From: Monocercomonoides exilis PA203
Lineage: Eukaryota > Protista > Preaxostyla
DNA: 64,000 bases
Assembly: GCA_001643675.2 (NCBI GenBank)
Contig: LSRY02000002.1
Span: 1,922,001 to 1,986,000, forward strand
Reading direction: 5' to 3'
Shown: piece after piece, positions 11,139-22,330 of the stretch
Layout: each line of letters opens with the position of its first letter
Numbering within the stretch: the first letter of the stretch is position 1
Position numbers and translations under genes: made by a program
Notes under the pieces: generated by a model
Database searches by the model: none
Told to the model about the DNA's origin: nothing
Seen by the model: only the letters and a program-made list of their open reading frames with translations

Positions 11139-14100
11139 TCATTCATTCACTTCATAGTGAAAATACAAGTATTTCTGAAGTAACGATCCACGGATGTATG
11201 GAAATGCTTCGTTTGTGAACTCTTTCCCGCACATTGTTTCTAACTTGGCAAAGATCTCTTCTTCGTTTCTGTTACATAAATACAAAAAAGATGGTGTTCC
11301 ATCGCGGAAATAAGCTGCAGCGCATCTGGGTTCTTTTGGTATGATTTTTCTTTTTGGATCCAAAGTTAGCTGAAGAGGCTCTGATTCATCCCAAATTGAA
11401 TGATCACATCGCAGCTCTTTGCATTTAGGCGAGTTGTCAAATGGACTCATTTCTTCCAATATTGCTTTTTCTTCATCTAATTTCATCAGTTCAGAATCAT
11501 TTATTTCTGCATCTGAGGGTTCCAAAAAGCAATCGCATCCTTCTTTTCTTCTCGGGCCCAGTTTTTTCAGTTTTTTAATCTCTCTGACGATATCCACAGT
11601 CAGTCCTTTTCTCAGTCTATTTCTCATCTTTCTCTTCTCCTCTTCTGTTGCCATGTCATTTTCTGTCTTCGCCTTCCACACAGGGCAATCACGATGCACA
11701 ATAAGAGGACGTGAAGGAAGGCCAATAAGCTGCCCAAGATGGAAAATAGACAAAGAAAACTCTTCTGGATATTGTGGAATTAGCGTCGTGAGAGTCTTTT
11801 GCTGTGCTTTCGAATGCTTTTTTTGGATTAAGAAAGAAGAGGATGAAGATTTTTTTGTCTCAGGATTTGTTGAAGCGGTAGCAGAAGAAGAAGAAGAGGA
11901 GGAGGAAGAAGAAGGTTGCGATGATGAGGAGGAGGAGAAGGACGAAGACGAAATTGATAATGGATCTGATTGTATATCCAAACCAGATATACGCTCTAAA
12001 GCCATGTTGTTTTTGGCTGCTTCATTGTTTTCTTTGAGAATAGCATCTCTGCCATCTCCCATCGCATCAGCCCCACAGTCGCAATCGATGCTTCTTTCTA
12101 CTTCGTTTCTTTCTTGTTTCTCTTTCTCTTCCTTCAACGCCTTTTCTCTGAGATCTGCAAACCTTGAGGGATAGATGGTGGCGTAGAACCTGAGCTGTTG
12201 TTCAAATAAGGACAGCTTCTCAGAAGAAGATGTTGTTGAAGATGATGGTTTTGTTGACAAAGAAGCATCTGTGTTGAGTGCTGAATCTGACGATGTAGAA
12301 GAGGAAGTTGCTTTTTCCTGTTCCACAACTCTATCTTTGCTTTCTGGTGCATCTTTATTGGAGTAAGACTCTTTAGCCTCAGATTGCTTTAATTGTTTTT
12401 CTCTCAATGAAATGAAGTCGATATCAAATGGAGTGACAGGCGAATAGCTGTTGAAGAAGAGATGAGCAGGCACCCATGCGAATGAAATGGGGCAAAGCAA
12501 CTCGGATGGAAAGAGCTTGCATTTCACACTCGTTTTAACATTCAGTGCAGAGTAAAGTCCTTCATAAGCAAATGAATAAAGTGAATACATAAAAATAATA
12601 TTTGAAATAAAATAAAAATGAAAAGTTTTCTTCCTTATAACATAACCATTTATGTTTTTGAATAAGAAAGGACCAATAATAAAAATTTCAAGTTTTTCTT
12701 CATTCATACCAAGATGGTAGTATTTTAAAATTGGCCAATTAAACTGCTTTCGTATTTCTCTCATTAAATCCATTTCCATCAGCATAGACAGATACCCCAG
12801 CGTTAAAAACCTAAAGTCAGATATATAAAAAGATGTAGAATAAATAAATGAATGAAATGAAATGAAATGAAAAAATGAAAATTTTATAAAAAAAGTTGAA
12901 ATGAAAAATAGAAAAAACAAAATGAAGGAAATGAAAAATTGAAAAGAAAAGAAAAGAAAAGAAAAGAAAAGAAAAGAAAAGAAAAGAAAAGAAAAGAAAA
13001 GAAAAGAAAAGAAAAGAAAAGAAAAGAAAAGAATATGTTACAAATTACAACACCTGTATTTTGGATCATAAAAGAAGTAGACTGATGAAAGCAATGTTGG
13101 ACACAAATCAACTACACTCACTCCCACAAGCTTCCCGTCAAGACGATATTCCATATGATATGCCCCAAACACCAGTTCGCTGTAAGAACGCAGAGTTGCC
13201 TCGTTTCTCTCTTTTTCTGAAGCTTTTTCTGACTCTTGTTTTTCTTGCTTGAAAAGCTGGTAAACAACTTTTGGATGCCGTTCGAGGTAATTTAAGGCAG
13301 GCTCAAGTCTGAACTTTGGGCCTTTATTGCACAGAAAATTAGTGAAAGATTCCATCGTGGGCACATCATCATCATCGTCTTCTTCGTCTTCTTCTTTGCC
13401 ATCTTCTTCTTCACTTTCAGGTTTCGCAGTGCTTTTCTTGTTTTTATCTTTTTTCACGCTGTGAATAACTCTCTGGTATTTGTCATATAGTTCAAATGAT
13501 TCTTCTGTTGGAGCAGCTGTTCGAATACCAATTGTAAAAGTGTGATATCGTCCAACAATCTCGCAAAGTAATAGCGTTTTTGGTGTTGTCTCTTCCGATT
13601 TTCTTCCATAGTAATCGCCTTCATACCTGGATTTCTGTAATTTCGCTGGAATTAACGTTGAAAAATTTAATGGCTTGTTTATAAAAACTGGAAGAGGACG
13701 GGGGGATGAGTACAAGTTTGGTAAAGGTATGTTTGGAGGTAATAAAGGTCCTTCAAAGGGTGGTGGTGCTGCTCTAACATCAGATAACTTTTTTACAGCA
13801 GATGAGACATCTTTTGCATTGGCATGCCCACGGAAAGTGCTGGCATTAGCAGAAATATTATCCTTTGAATGAAGAGCTTTCTCAGAAGGAGGCCAATCTC
13901 CGTCAAGAAATCTGAAAAATCTTCTAATATCTCTATGATTTGAATGAGAAGCAATGAATTTATCTATGTCCACTCGGATAGAATATCTGAAAAAAAAATT
14001 ATACTCATCATTTTCAAAATATGTAACATAAACAAACTGTGGACAGCAGTTAAACCATGGATAATATCTATAGCAATAAGATCCAGAACGACGAAAGCCA

Positions 14101-14364
14101 TGATTAACTAAATGCTCATATTGAGAAGGCTTCATTAAAAAATAAGAGAAAGCTAATTCAAAATAAAAAAGTTAAAATAAAAAAGCAATAATTATGTTTT
14201 TCAAACAAAATGATTGTTTTGGAGTTTTCGTTCCGCAATATGAACAATATGATTGACTTACAACACAGAATAAAATGAAAAGATGAAGTTAAAAAAATGT
14301 ACCGAAAATCACTTTCAGCAGCAAAAATAGATGCTAATTCTTTTATATCAGTTTCGTGATGCAT
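11139..14364 (-). CDS. ATE1: Arginyl-tRNA--protein transferase 1 (N-degron pathway), 6 exons
   Basis: Removing introns 14257-14302, 14153-14206, 13987-14037, 12811-13053 and 12560-12709 gives CSYC...YEHLVNHGFRRSG...CCPQYSIR, LYDKYQRVIH, FGAYHMEYRLDGKLVGVSVVDLCP, SSVYFFYDPKYRFLTLG, YYHLG and PSELLCP, all matching ATE1 motifs. Confidence 0.92.
12941..13030. repeat. (GAAAA)18 microsatellite inside ATE1 intron 4
   Basis: Perfect pentamer array read directly. Confidence 0.95.
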
Positions 14365-14477
14365 CCTTTATGATAAATAATTGAAAATATTTGCTTTTAA
14401 CCTTGCTATCAATTAGCACGCATAATTGCTTGAAAGAGCGAAGATTTATTTAGGGTTTTCAAAAAGATCAGATTCCA

Positions 14478-15424
14478 ATGAACCCTGTAGATATTAAAGT
14501 ATTAACAGTCATTTATCTCTATTAAAATCAAATGTTGTTTTTTCTATCATGATGATAATGTAAAACAATAAACAAAATAAATTTCATTTGAATATTGATG
14601 GAAATCCGTAAATTTTCAGAAAAAGCTTGTAATCGTTGGAGACGATGGCGTTGGAAAAACTTGCTTATTAATGGGTTTTATTATCTATTTATAAAGCTTA
14701 TTTAATCCTATAATATATTAAAGTTCATGTAAATGGTGCATTTCCAAAAGGTTTTATCAAATTATATATATCATTTTTATATCTTGTCAATACTTCGAAA
14801 CTTTGACTAGATTCTATTCCAAGTTTGTTTAAATATATATATTATTTCAATTTAACATATTAATGAATTTTGTTCAAATTTTCAAAACCATTTAAAAGCG
14901 TTTGTATTTTATGTTTTTAAATTTTCGTTATCATAGTGAAACAAACGAAAGTGTTTTTGATAATTATACATGTAAAATTCAGGTTAAAAATCAACAGCTT
15001 TTGCTTCAGCTTTGGGATACTCCAGGTTCTTTTATTTTTTGAATCTTATTTATTTTTTGTTTGAGTAGGGCAAGAAGAATTCGATGTAATACGACCTTAT
15101 TCATATCCAGGAACAGACATGGTTTTGCTATGTTTTTCTGTAGCTTCTCGTGAATCGTTTATGAATGCTCAAACAAAATGGAGGGAAGAATTAAGACAGC
15201 ATTGTCCAAAAGCAGAAATTGTTCTGGTTGGAACAAAATGTGACTTAAGAGAAACCTCACCATCGGAATGTATAAAAATCGAAGAATGTAAGGAAGCAAT
15301 GAGGAAAACAGGGGCAGTTGCTTATAAAGAATGCAGCGCTTTAAAAAACACAGGAGTTAGAGAAGCGTTTGAAGAGGCAATTGTTCAAATGACTGATGAA
15401 GGCAAAAAATGTGTTATATTGTGA
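14478..15424 (+). CDS. Atypical Rho/Rac-family small GTPase (~181 aa), highly spliced
   Basis: Exons 14478-14498, 14620-14674, 14724-14750, 14811-14822, 14899, 14952-15025 and 15069-15424 (546 nt) give [44 protein letters not shown]...LWDTPGQEEFD..RPYSYP...VGTKCDLR...ECSAL...KKCVIL (CaaX). Confidence 0.93.
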
Positions 15425-15528
15425 AAAATCACTTATTGTTTTATAAACATGATTTTTTAGTTGTATTTTATGTTGTTAAGGAATTTAAGATCAATGTTCA
15501 TTTCTCAAATCAATAAAATTTGAAAGAA

Positions 15529-17736
15529 ATGGAAAATCTCACTTATGAAGAAGCGACTCAATATTTAAAAGAAATTCAGTTTGAATTAATTAGTAATTTA
15601 TAAATATCACAATTAAATGTTAACAGAGAAAAAATAAAAAATCAAACAGCTCAATTGGATGATTTTTTAAGAGAGCACACAAAAACTTTTTTACAAATTT
15701 CAGAGGCTATTGAATCAAATGAATACAATAGCTTGCAACTTTTGAAGTACACTTTCCCTGCAATTAAAACAGGACTTTCTCATCTTGAACTTAATGTTTC
15801 AAAGCCTGTCGTATCCGCGCTTGATCCGTTACAATTTACTTTATGCTTTTTTTCAAGAATTCAAGAAAATGTTTGTATTTGAATATAAATTAAACTTTTT
15901 TCATGAAGGAGTTTTTGAATTTACAGATAATGACTTGTTTACGAACAAATAACATTTTTCGAGCATCATTGTTGCTTATGACTGCATCAAATTTAATTGA
16001 TGTAATTCTTCCGATGATAAATTTTTTGAAGAAAGAAATGCAAAATGAGATGAATGCAACAAAAATTGAAACAGAATCTACAGAAACGAATATTATTCAA
16101 GGAACAAATGCACGTAGCAAAATGAATCTTTTAAATGCTCTTACTCAAACCTTAGAAAGTTTTAATTATGATTCGTTATGTTCTTCAATTGTTCAGCATC
16201 AGAAGACCGCATTTTTGAGTTTTTCAAGCAAATGTGATATTTCTTCTCAATCATTATTGGTTGCTCTCCTTGTTTCTTCATCATTTCTACTTGTTAATGA
16301 ACCTTCTCCTATTGTAGCAGCTGTTCAATCATTTCTTTTTCTTCAGATGAATCGAATTGAGTTTATAATGAGAAAGAATGAATATGAAAAACGATATCAA
16401 ACAAATGATGAATGCACTGATGAGTTTAAAGAACTTCCAGCAACTTTAATTTCTCAATTGATTACTCAGACCATTGTTGACATTTATAACATATTTTTTC
16501 AGAACAAAGAGGGCAAGTTGAATCTATGTAATCTCATTGTTAACTCAAAAAGACAAGAAAAGGACACGAATGCAGCCGAAGTTTCAGTGAACATAGGAAC
16601 ATCATCTACAAGTCCATCTTCTTCAAACATATGCAGCCCGCTATCATTTGCTAATTATACCCTGTCTTCTGAATCAAAGAAATCTGACATCTCCTCTTCA
16701 GCGCTTGATGCAGATGGCTTTTCTGATCCTTCTGACTCTATTCTTTCTTTCTCGTTCACTCAGCCTTCCTGTGTCCGTTTTTCACTCGAAGACGAAGATC
16801 TTCTTTGCGCAATCTCTGCGCTGTCGCCAAATGATGTGGCTTCTCCGGCTGATAGCAACCCCAAAAGCAACTCTTCCTTTTCTTCTTCTTCTTCTTCTTC
16901 TTCTTCTTCTTCTTCTTCTTCTTCTTCTTCTTCTTCTTCTTCTGCGCACATTTCAAAATCTGCTTCTTCTGCTTCAAATTTTGCTTCTCTTCGTCATCCT
17001 TCTTCACTGTCTTCATCTCCTTCTCCTTCGCCTTCGCCTTCTCCTTCGCCTTCTCCTTCTCCTTCATCTTCCCCTTTGTCAATATCTTCTCCAGTCCAAT
17101 CAGAAGAAGCACACTCCGATTTGAGCATTTTGAGTGGGATGAGTCTTTCTGATGCTGTTTGCTGTGGTCTGTTTCTGTCATCTGCATTGGAGAGCATGAT
17201 GGATGTGTCAGCTGAACTGAAGCAGGAAAAGGAATGTTTAGATGAGATGAATGATAACACTGCAGTGGAAGAGAAGAGCGGAGAGGCAAATGAATCTCAG
17301 ATGAAGACGGAAAGGAAAGGAAATGACAGGCAAAGTGAAGCAGATGAGGGTTCGATGAACAATTCATTGAAACTGCCAATGTCAAGAGAAGTGCAGCAAA
17401 ATATCAATGAAGATGAAATAAAGCAAGGCGATATGAAGAGAAAAGAAGAATTTAAAGAGATGCAAACAAAAGATACTTCTTCTTCCTCCTCTTCTTCTTC
17501 CTCCTCCTCCTCCTCTTCTGATTCATCATCACTTTTAAATTATCAATCAAGCTCTGAAATCAAACAACACTCAAAAACTTCTTCTTTAACATCTCGAATT
17601 ATTGCGAACTATAACAAAATGCATTCATTGTTTGTGATTGATGATGATGTCAGAGATGCCATTTCCTTTTTGTTTATGCATTGGATCGCTTCTGTTTCGC
17701 GCCTTCTCAGTTCAGTGGTTTGGATGAATGTGAAAC

Positions 17737-17796
<60 letters not shown>

Positions 17797-19597
17797 TAAC
17801 ATCGTCTTTGATTTGTAATCGGACGTGCGTTTTTTGTTGTTTGCTGATCAAAATTTCATTTCCTTTGCTATTTTTTTTTTTATTTGTTAACATTCTTTAT
17901 TTTGCTGATATTTCAATGTTCTAATCAATATTCACTCACAGGATTCATTAAAGACTCTTGGCCCTCTCAAAAGCTGTGCAGAATTGGCTTCTCTTCGTGA
18001 TTGTGTTTATTCTTCTTTGAATCCTCTGGTTTCTTCTCCAAACTGGCAATTAGCTGTTGACAACCTCATCTTCAAGCACGCTGATAGGAATACTGAAACA
18101 GATGCTTCTTCATCTTCTTCTCAAACATCTTCATTTCCCTCATCTTATCTGTTTCATCCGTTTGATTCTTTCTTTTTGTCAACTTTTCGGATGAAGGCAA
18201 TTCACATCTCCAAAGAAAAGGTGAAGAATATAACAGAAGTATGCAGCACTTTCATAAAAGCAATCGCAAAAGAACACAAAAAACTGCTAAGTGACTCTGC
18301 AGTTACATCTTCAACTTCAACCTCAAACACTTCCTCTACATCAGCTGCCTTTTCGTTATCATCTGCTCTTTCATCGGCTTCCTCCACAAAATCCTCAGAA
18401 AATCATCCTTCTTCTTCTTCTTCTTCTTCTTATCTTCGTTCTTCCTTCTTCAATGTTTTGCCTTCCGCTGTTCTTGTCTCTCACCCTCTCTCTCTCCAAG
18501 CAGCCTCAGAAATTCGCTATTTCTATCGCGAATGGCTCAGCGACTTGCTGCTTTTGCACACAAAAATGCCTCTCCCCTCTTCGTTTGCCTCTTCTGTTGC
18601 TGTGCAGTTTTCTGCTGCTCTTCAGAAGGCGCTGTCGCAGATGGCAACAGAAGCAGCTGAGCAGAACATCGAAATGGTTGTCTCATTCTCTGCCTTTTTG
18701 AGGGAAGCTTTCATTCTGATAGAGGATGCAAAGAATGAACCAGAGTTTGCCAGCTTATTCTCTTCAGAGCAACCTCAGTCTTCAAAGGAAATTACACAGA
18801 CTATTTCTTTTGATCCAAAACAAGATGGCTTTTCTTCTCTACTGCTTTCAGAATCATCTACGCTCTTTCAGTCATTTCTGGACAAAGTTATTGTGGCACC
18901 GTTGATCTCTTCGTTCACCCGTCTGTTGGACATCACAACGCATTCATCCGAATGGATGGTGTGTTCATCATACACGTCAAATACATCAAATTCATCAAAC
19001 GAATTAGACCAAACTCCTTCTGCTGATTCTTCCTCTTCTGCAGCACTTTCTTCTCTTCTTCTTTCTGATTCGCCTTCACAACATGTCATCTCTCTCATTA
19101 ATTGTGCTGCTGAAGTGTACAACTCATTCTGTTGCAGCGCTTCTTCAGCATCAGACTCAGACTCTCTGCATCTGTTTCCACACGCACACTCCACTTCATC
19201 CAATTCTTCTTCTTCTTCTGCTTCTGCTTCTTCTTCTTCTCTTCTTCGCTTCCTCACTCTTTCAGTTCAGCCTAGATCCGTTCTTCCCTCTCTGTTTCTT
19301 CAGCGCCTGTGTGATGCTATTTCAAAAGCACTTGAATCTCTGCCTGCTGTTGCATCAACTCCATCTCTTTGCACAGAACAAGGTGTGTTTCAGATGGCAT
19401 TCGATCTCATTGTGTTGGCAAATGTATTTCCTCCTTTCTCGAAGGATGTGAAACTTCACAGCAAACTTGTATCCCTGAAGGAGGGAGTGCTTCAAGCAGC
19501 AGATCCGATCGATGCGGCTGTGGCTGTTCCTGTTTTGGAGGCCCGTGCGAAGTCATGGTGCTCATTTCATCCTGCGCCTTTTTCGCTTTTGAGTTAA
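15529..19597 (+). CDS. COG1: Conserved oligomeric Golgi complex subunit 1-like protein
   Basis: N-terminal Vps51/COG1-like segment (EKIKNQTAQLDDFLREHTKTFLQISEAI) and C-terminal QMAFDLIVL...ADPIDAAVAVPVL...PFSLL, resembling the COG1 C-terminus. Introns near 15579-15626, ~15871-15927 and 17739-17941 join the ORFs in frame. Confidence 0.7.
16881..16943 (+). repeat. (TCT)21 coding microsatellite (poly-Ser) in COG1
   Basis: Read directly from the sequence. Confidence 0.92.
17740..17791 (+). repeat. T52 homopolymer that forms the 5' splice site of a COG1 intron
   Basis: AAA CGA|G followed by 52 T; intron closes at CACAG 17941 and the next exon is in frame. Confidence 0.85.
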
Positions 19598-19832
19598 ACA
19601 TTTCATGAAAAATGTATTTTTTATTTAATTTCTATTTTTTATTTTTTATTTTTTGGTGTTGTTTCAGAATTAATAGAATGTGCGGATGAACAGAATTGAT
19701 ACTCTTTTATTTAAAAAATAGTAGCATCACATCGATAGTTGAATGTTTGATTTAATTGCCTTTTCAAAGTAAATTTTAAATTTTTATTTTTGCTTTGAAA
19801 AAAATGCTTATGAAATGAAATTAAATGACTAA

Positions 19833-20028
19833 TCATTTTTGAAAACATACTTTCGTCCAAGTTTTGACCATAAATTTTTCCTCAATGGGAAAGCAAAGAT
19901 AATTAACTTTTTTATATGCAATTATATTTTAAGCATTCACATGTATTTTGTATTTTTTTTTTATTTTATTTCCCATTGAGGAAAATTTTGTGAACAAAAC
20001 TCGAACGAAAGTATAATTTCAAAAAGGA
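19833..20028. repeat. ~200-bp foldback / MITE-like inverted repeat between convergent COG1 and TOE1
   Basis: 19833-19892 (tcatttttgaaaacatactttcg...ttttcctcaatgggaaa) is the imperfect reverse complement of 19969-20028. No TSD identified. Confidence 0.8.
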
Positions 20029-20200
20029 ACAAACAACAATAAATATTTGAAATAAGTAATTTAAAAATTATTTATCTGGTGTTTTTTAGTTTTAACTTTG
20101 TAAGTTTTATGAAATTTTATTGTGTTTCATCTGGTTGCATTTTCTTTTCTGAATTAAAGAAAAGTGGTCTTTATTCAGTCTCTTTTGGAAAAGATTGAAT

Positions 20201-22330
20201 CTATGAGGCTTTTGGTTTGGCATGCAATGAAGGGCTGTCATCTGAACGGTGATGTGGAGAAAGCGTAATGAACTTCCCTACAGATGCGTCTGGTGAAGAT
20301 CTGCGAGCTTCATGATGAGCTGAATCACTGCTGGATGATTCCTCGTCATTCGACATTTGCGATAGATTGACAGAATTTGACTGTTTTTCATTCGAATCCT
20401 CTGGCATTTCAGGTGAATGCGCTTTTCGTTCGTGTCCTGATTTGTGCAACTGCATTAATTCAGCAACAGTTTTTGTTGTATTTTGTGGCTCTTTTAATAT
20501 CCGTTCATAAATTGGTATGTACAAATATGAGCCGCGTGATAAATCTTCTGGTGCTTTTGAAGAGGAAGATGATGATGATGATGATGATTGTGCTGAGGAG
20601 GATGAAGAAGGTGTAGAGGACGAAGATGAAGAAGATGAAGAAGGCGATGATAATGATGGGAAGCGCGCACATGAAGAAAGTTTCAGATTATGTGTCTCGT
20701 TGATCAAAGCAGCCAGCTCCTCTAAGTCTTCTTCGCTTTTCTTTCCCATTAAGATGACCCTTGGCCATTGGCACTGAGGATGTGTCCCACACGAAATGAT
20801 CGACGAATGCAAAGGAAGAATAAAACGCCGATCGGGTGCAGGCGTCCATAAGTTTGCATCGTCCTTTCTGTGTTGGCTCGGATATATAACAGATTTGCGC
20901 TTTGACACTTCTGGTGCTTTTAGACTGAAAAGCTCCTTCGGTTCCAGCAGCTGATGGAGCAAGTAGGCAAAGATGTATCCGGTGGCAAATGCATCAAAGC
21001 CAGGGTTGTGGGCAAACGAGGTGCTTTCAACTGGTTTGATTTTGTCTTTTTTTGGAACAGCAGTTTGCACGTTGAATTTCCGCACTTGCTCCCTCACTTC
21101 ATCAACATCAAGTCCATTTGCCAGCTCTCCCATAAATATTATCTCGTTCAAGTCATGATTGAAATTGCATTTTTTGCCAGAGTGACATCTGCCTGCGCGC
21201 ACAAAGTGAAAACAAGGATGTGTTATTCCGTTTCTTTTTTGTTGAGAATTTTGTTCAAATGTGCTCTTTAAGTCATTCGTGGAAACGGAGGAAGAAGATG
21301 CCAATGTTAAAACAGATGAAGATGAAACGAAAGAGGAAGATGAAGAAGGTGAAGAAGGTGAAGAATATGAAGAAGATGAAGAAGATGAAGATGGTGAAGG
21401 AAGCGGAGATGAACTGGATGTTGCTGATTTCTGATTTGCATGTTTCAACCGTCTGTCAACATCAAAGAGAATTGAGCAGAGTCTATTTGTTTCCATCGCA
21501 CGATTTTTGTTTTGCTTTAAAAATGAACTTTGCCATTTGTTTACTTTTCCGAATGATTGATAAGTCCATTCAAATGAAGTCTCAGAACGCAAATAGGAAA
21601 GACAGTTCTTCCATACGCATCTTGTAAAAATCAAATCCAGCCAAGATGGATTCCCAACTTTCTCAATAATAGGCGGTAAAATACGATTCCATAGGGAAGT
21701 GAGTTCTTTTGTATCATAAAATTCTGGAAATGTACTTGAGAATTTCTCGCAAAATTCTGGCAAAGTATCTGGAAGTGGACCAACAAATGAATGATACAAA
21801 AAAGCAGCATCAATAAATCCATTATGCAATATTAGCGGAATTTTTCGAAGAGAAATATATTTAAACAAATTGCCAAGATCAGGGTTGTTAGTATCTTTTT
21901 TTATCTCATTAGAATAATTTTTCCTTCCCTTTTCAAAAAACGGGATACCATTTAAAAATGTTTCTGTAAGATCCATGTGATTTTGGACAAGAAACAACAA
22001 ACTACTTGGTAAAACTGAAAACTGTGCTGCTGGAAAGCACGGAAAATAACAATTTGTGACAACAAAATTTCTGCCTATTGATTGAAGAGGTTTCTTTGAT
22101 TCGCACCAGATTGATAGACCAACTCCCAACAAACCATATCGTTCTGCTGATTCCTTCACAAGCAGATATTCTTCAGGAAAATATGTATCATCTAAAAGTC
22201 CATTATTTTCTCGTATTCCTGACATTTCAAAATCAATTGAAACAAAAAGGGCATCGTTTAAGATATTTATTAGTTCATAATAAACGATATCAAAATTCAA
22301 TTTATTCACCAGAGTTATTGAATGGTTCAT
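20201..22330 (-). CDS. TOE1: TOE1 / CAF1-family DEDD deadenylase with CCCH zinc finger
   Basis: SIDFEMSG, HNGFIDAAFLY, YDTK, CCCH finger CFHFVRAGRCHSGKKCNFNH embedded in the nuclease domain, and AHNPGFDAFATG. Intronless, 709 aa. Confidence 0.88.
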   Translation of the reverse strand: MNHSITLVNKLNFDIVYYELINILNDALFVSIDFEMSGIRENNGLLDDTYFPEEYLLVKESAERYGLLGVGLSIWCESKKPLQSIGRNFVVTNCYFPCFPAAQFSVLPSSLLFLVQNHMDLTETFLNGIPFFEKGRKNYSNEIKKDTNNPDLGNLFKYISLRKIPLILHNGFIDAAFLYHSFVGPLPDTLPEFCEKFSSTFPEFYDTKELTSLWNRILPPIIEKVGNPSWLDLIFTRCVWKNCLSYLRSETSFEWTYQSFGKVNKWQSSFLKQNKNRAMETNRLCSILFDVDRRLKHANQKSATSSSSPLPSPSSSSSSSSYSSPSSPSSSSSFVSSSSVLTLASSSSVSTNDLKSTFEQNSQQKRNGITHPCFHFVRAGRCHSGKKCNFNHDLNEIIFMGELANGLDVDEVREQVRKFNVQTAVPKKDKIKPVESTSFAHNPGFDAFATGYIFAYLLHQLLEPKELFSLKAPEVSKRKSVIYPSQHRKDDANLWTPAPDRRFILPLHSSIISCGTHPQCQWPRVILMGKKSEEDLEELAALINETHNLKLSSCARFPSLSSPSSSSSSSSSTPSSSSSAQSSSSSSSSSSKAPEDLSRGSYLYIPIYERILKEPQNTTKTVAELMQLHKSGHERKAHSPEMPEDSNEKQSNSVNLSQMSNDEESSSSDSAHHEARRSSPDASVGKFITLSPHHRSDDSPSLHAKPKAS

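Noticed and set aside
12941-13030. Periodic array considered as a CRISPR or telomeric repeat
   Set aside because: Simple (GAAAA)n microsatellite with no spacers, inside an intron.
14598-14619. ATG at 14598 with a possible 12-nt intron as the Rho start
   Set aside because: Out of frame with KKLVIVGD. The upstream exon 14478-14498 with a 121-nt phase-0 intron fits cleanly.
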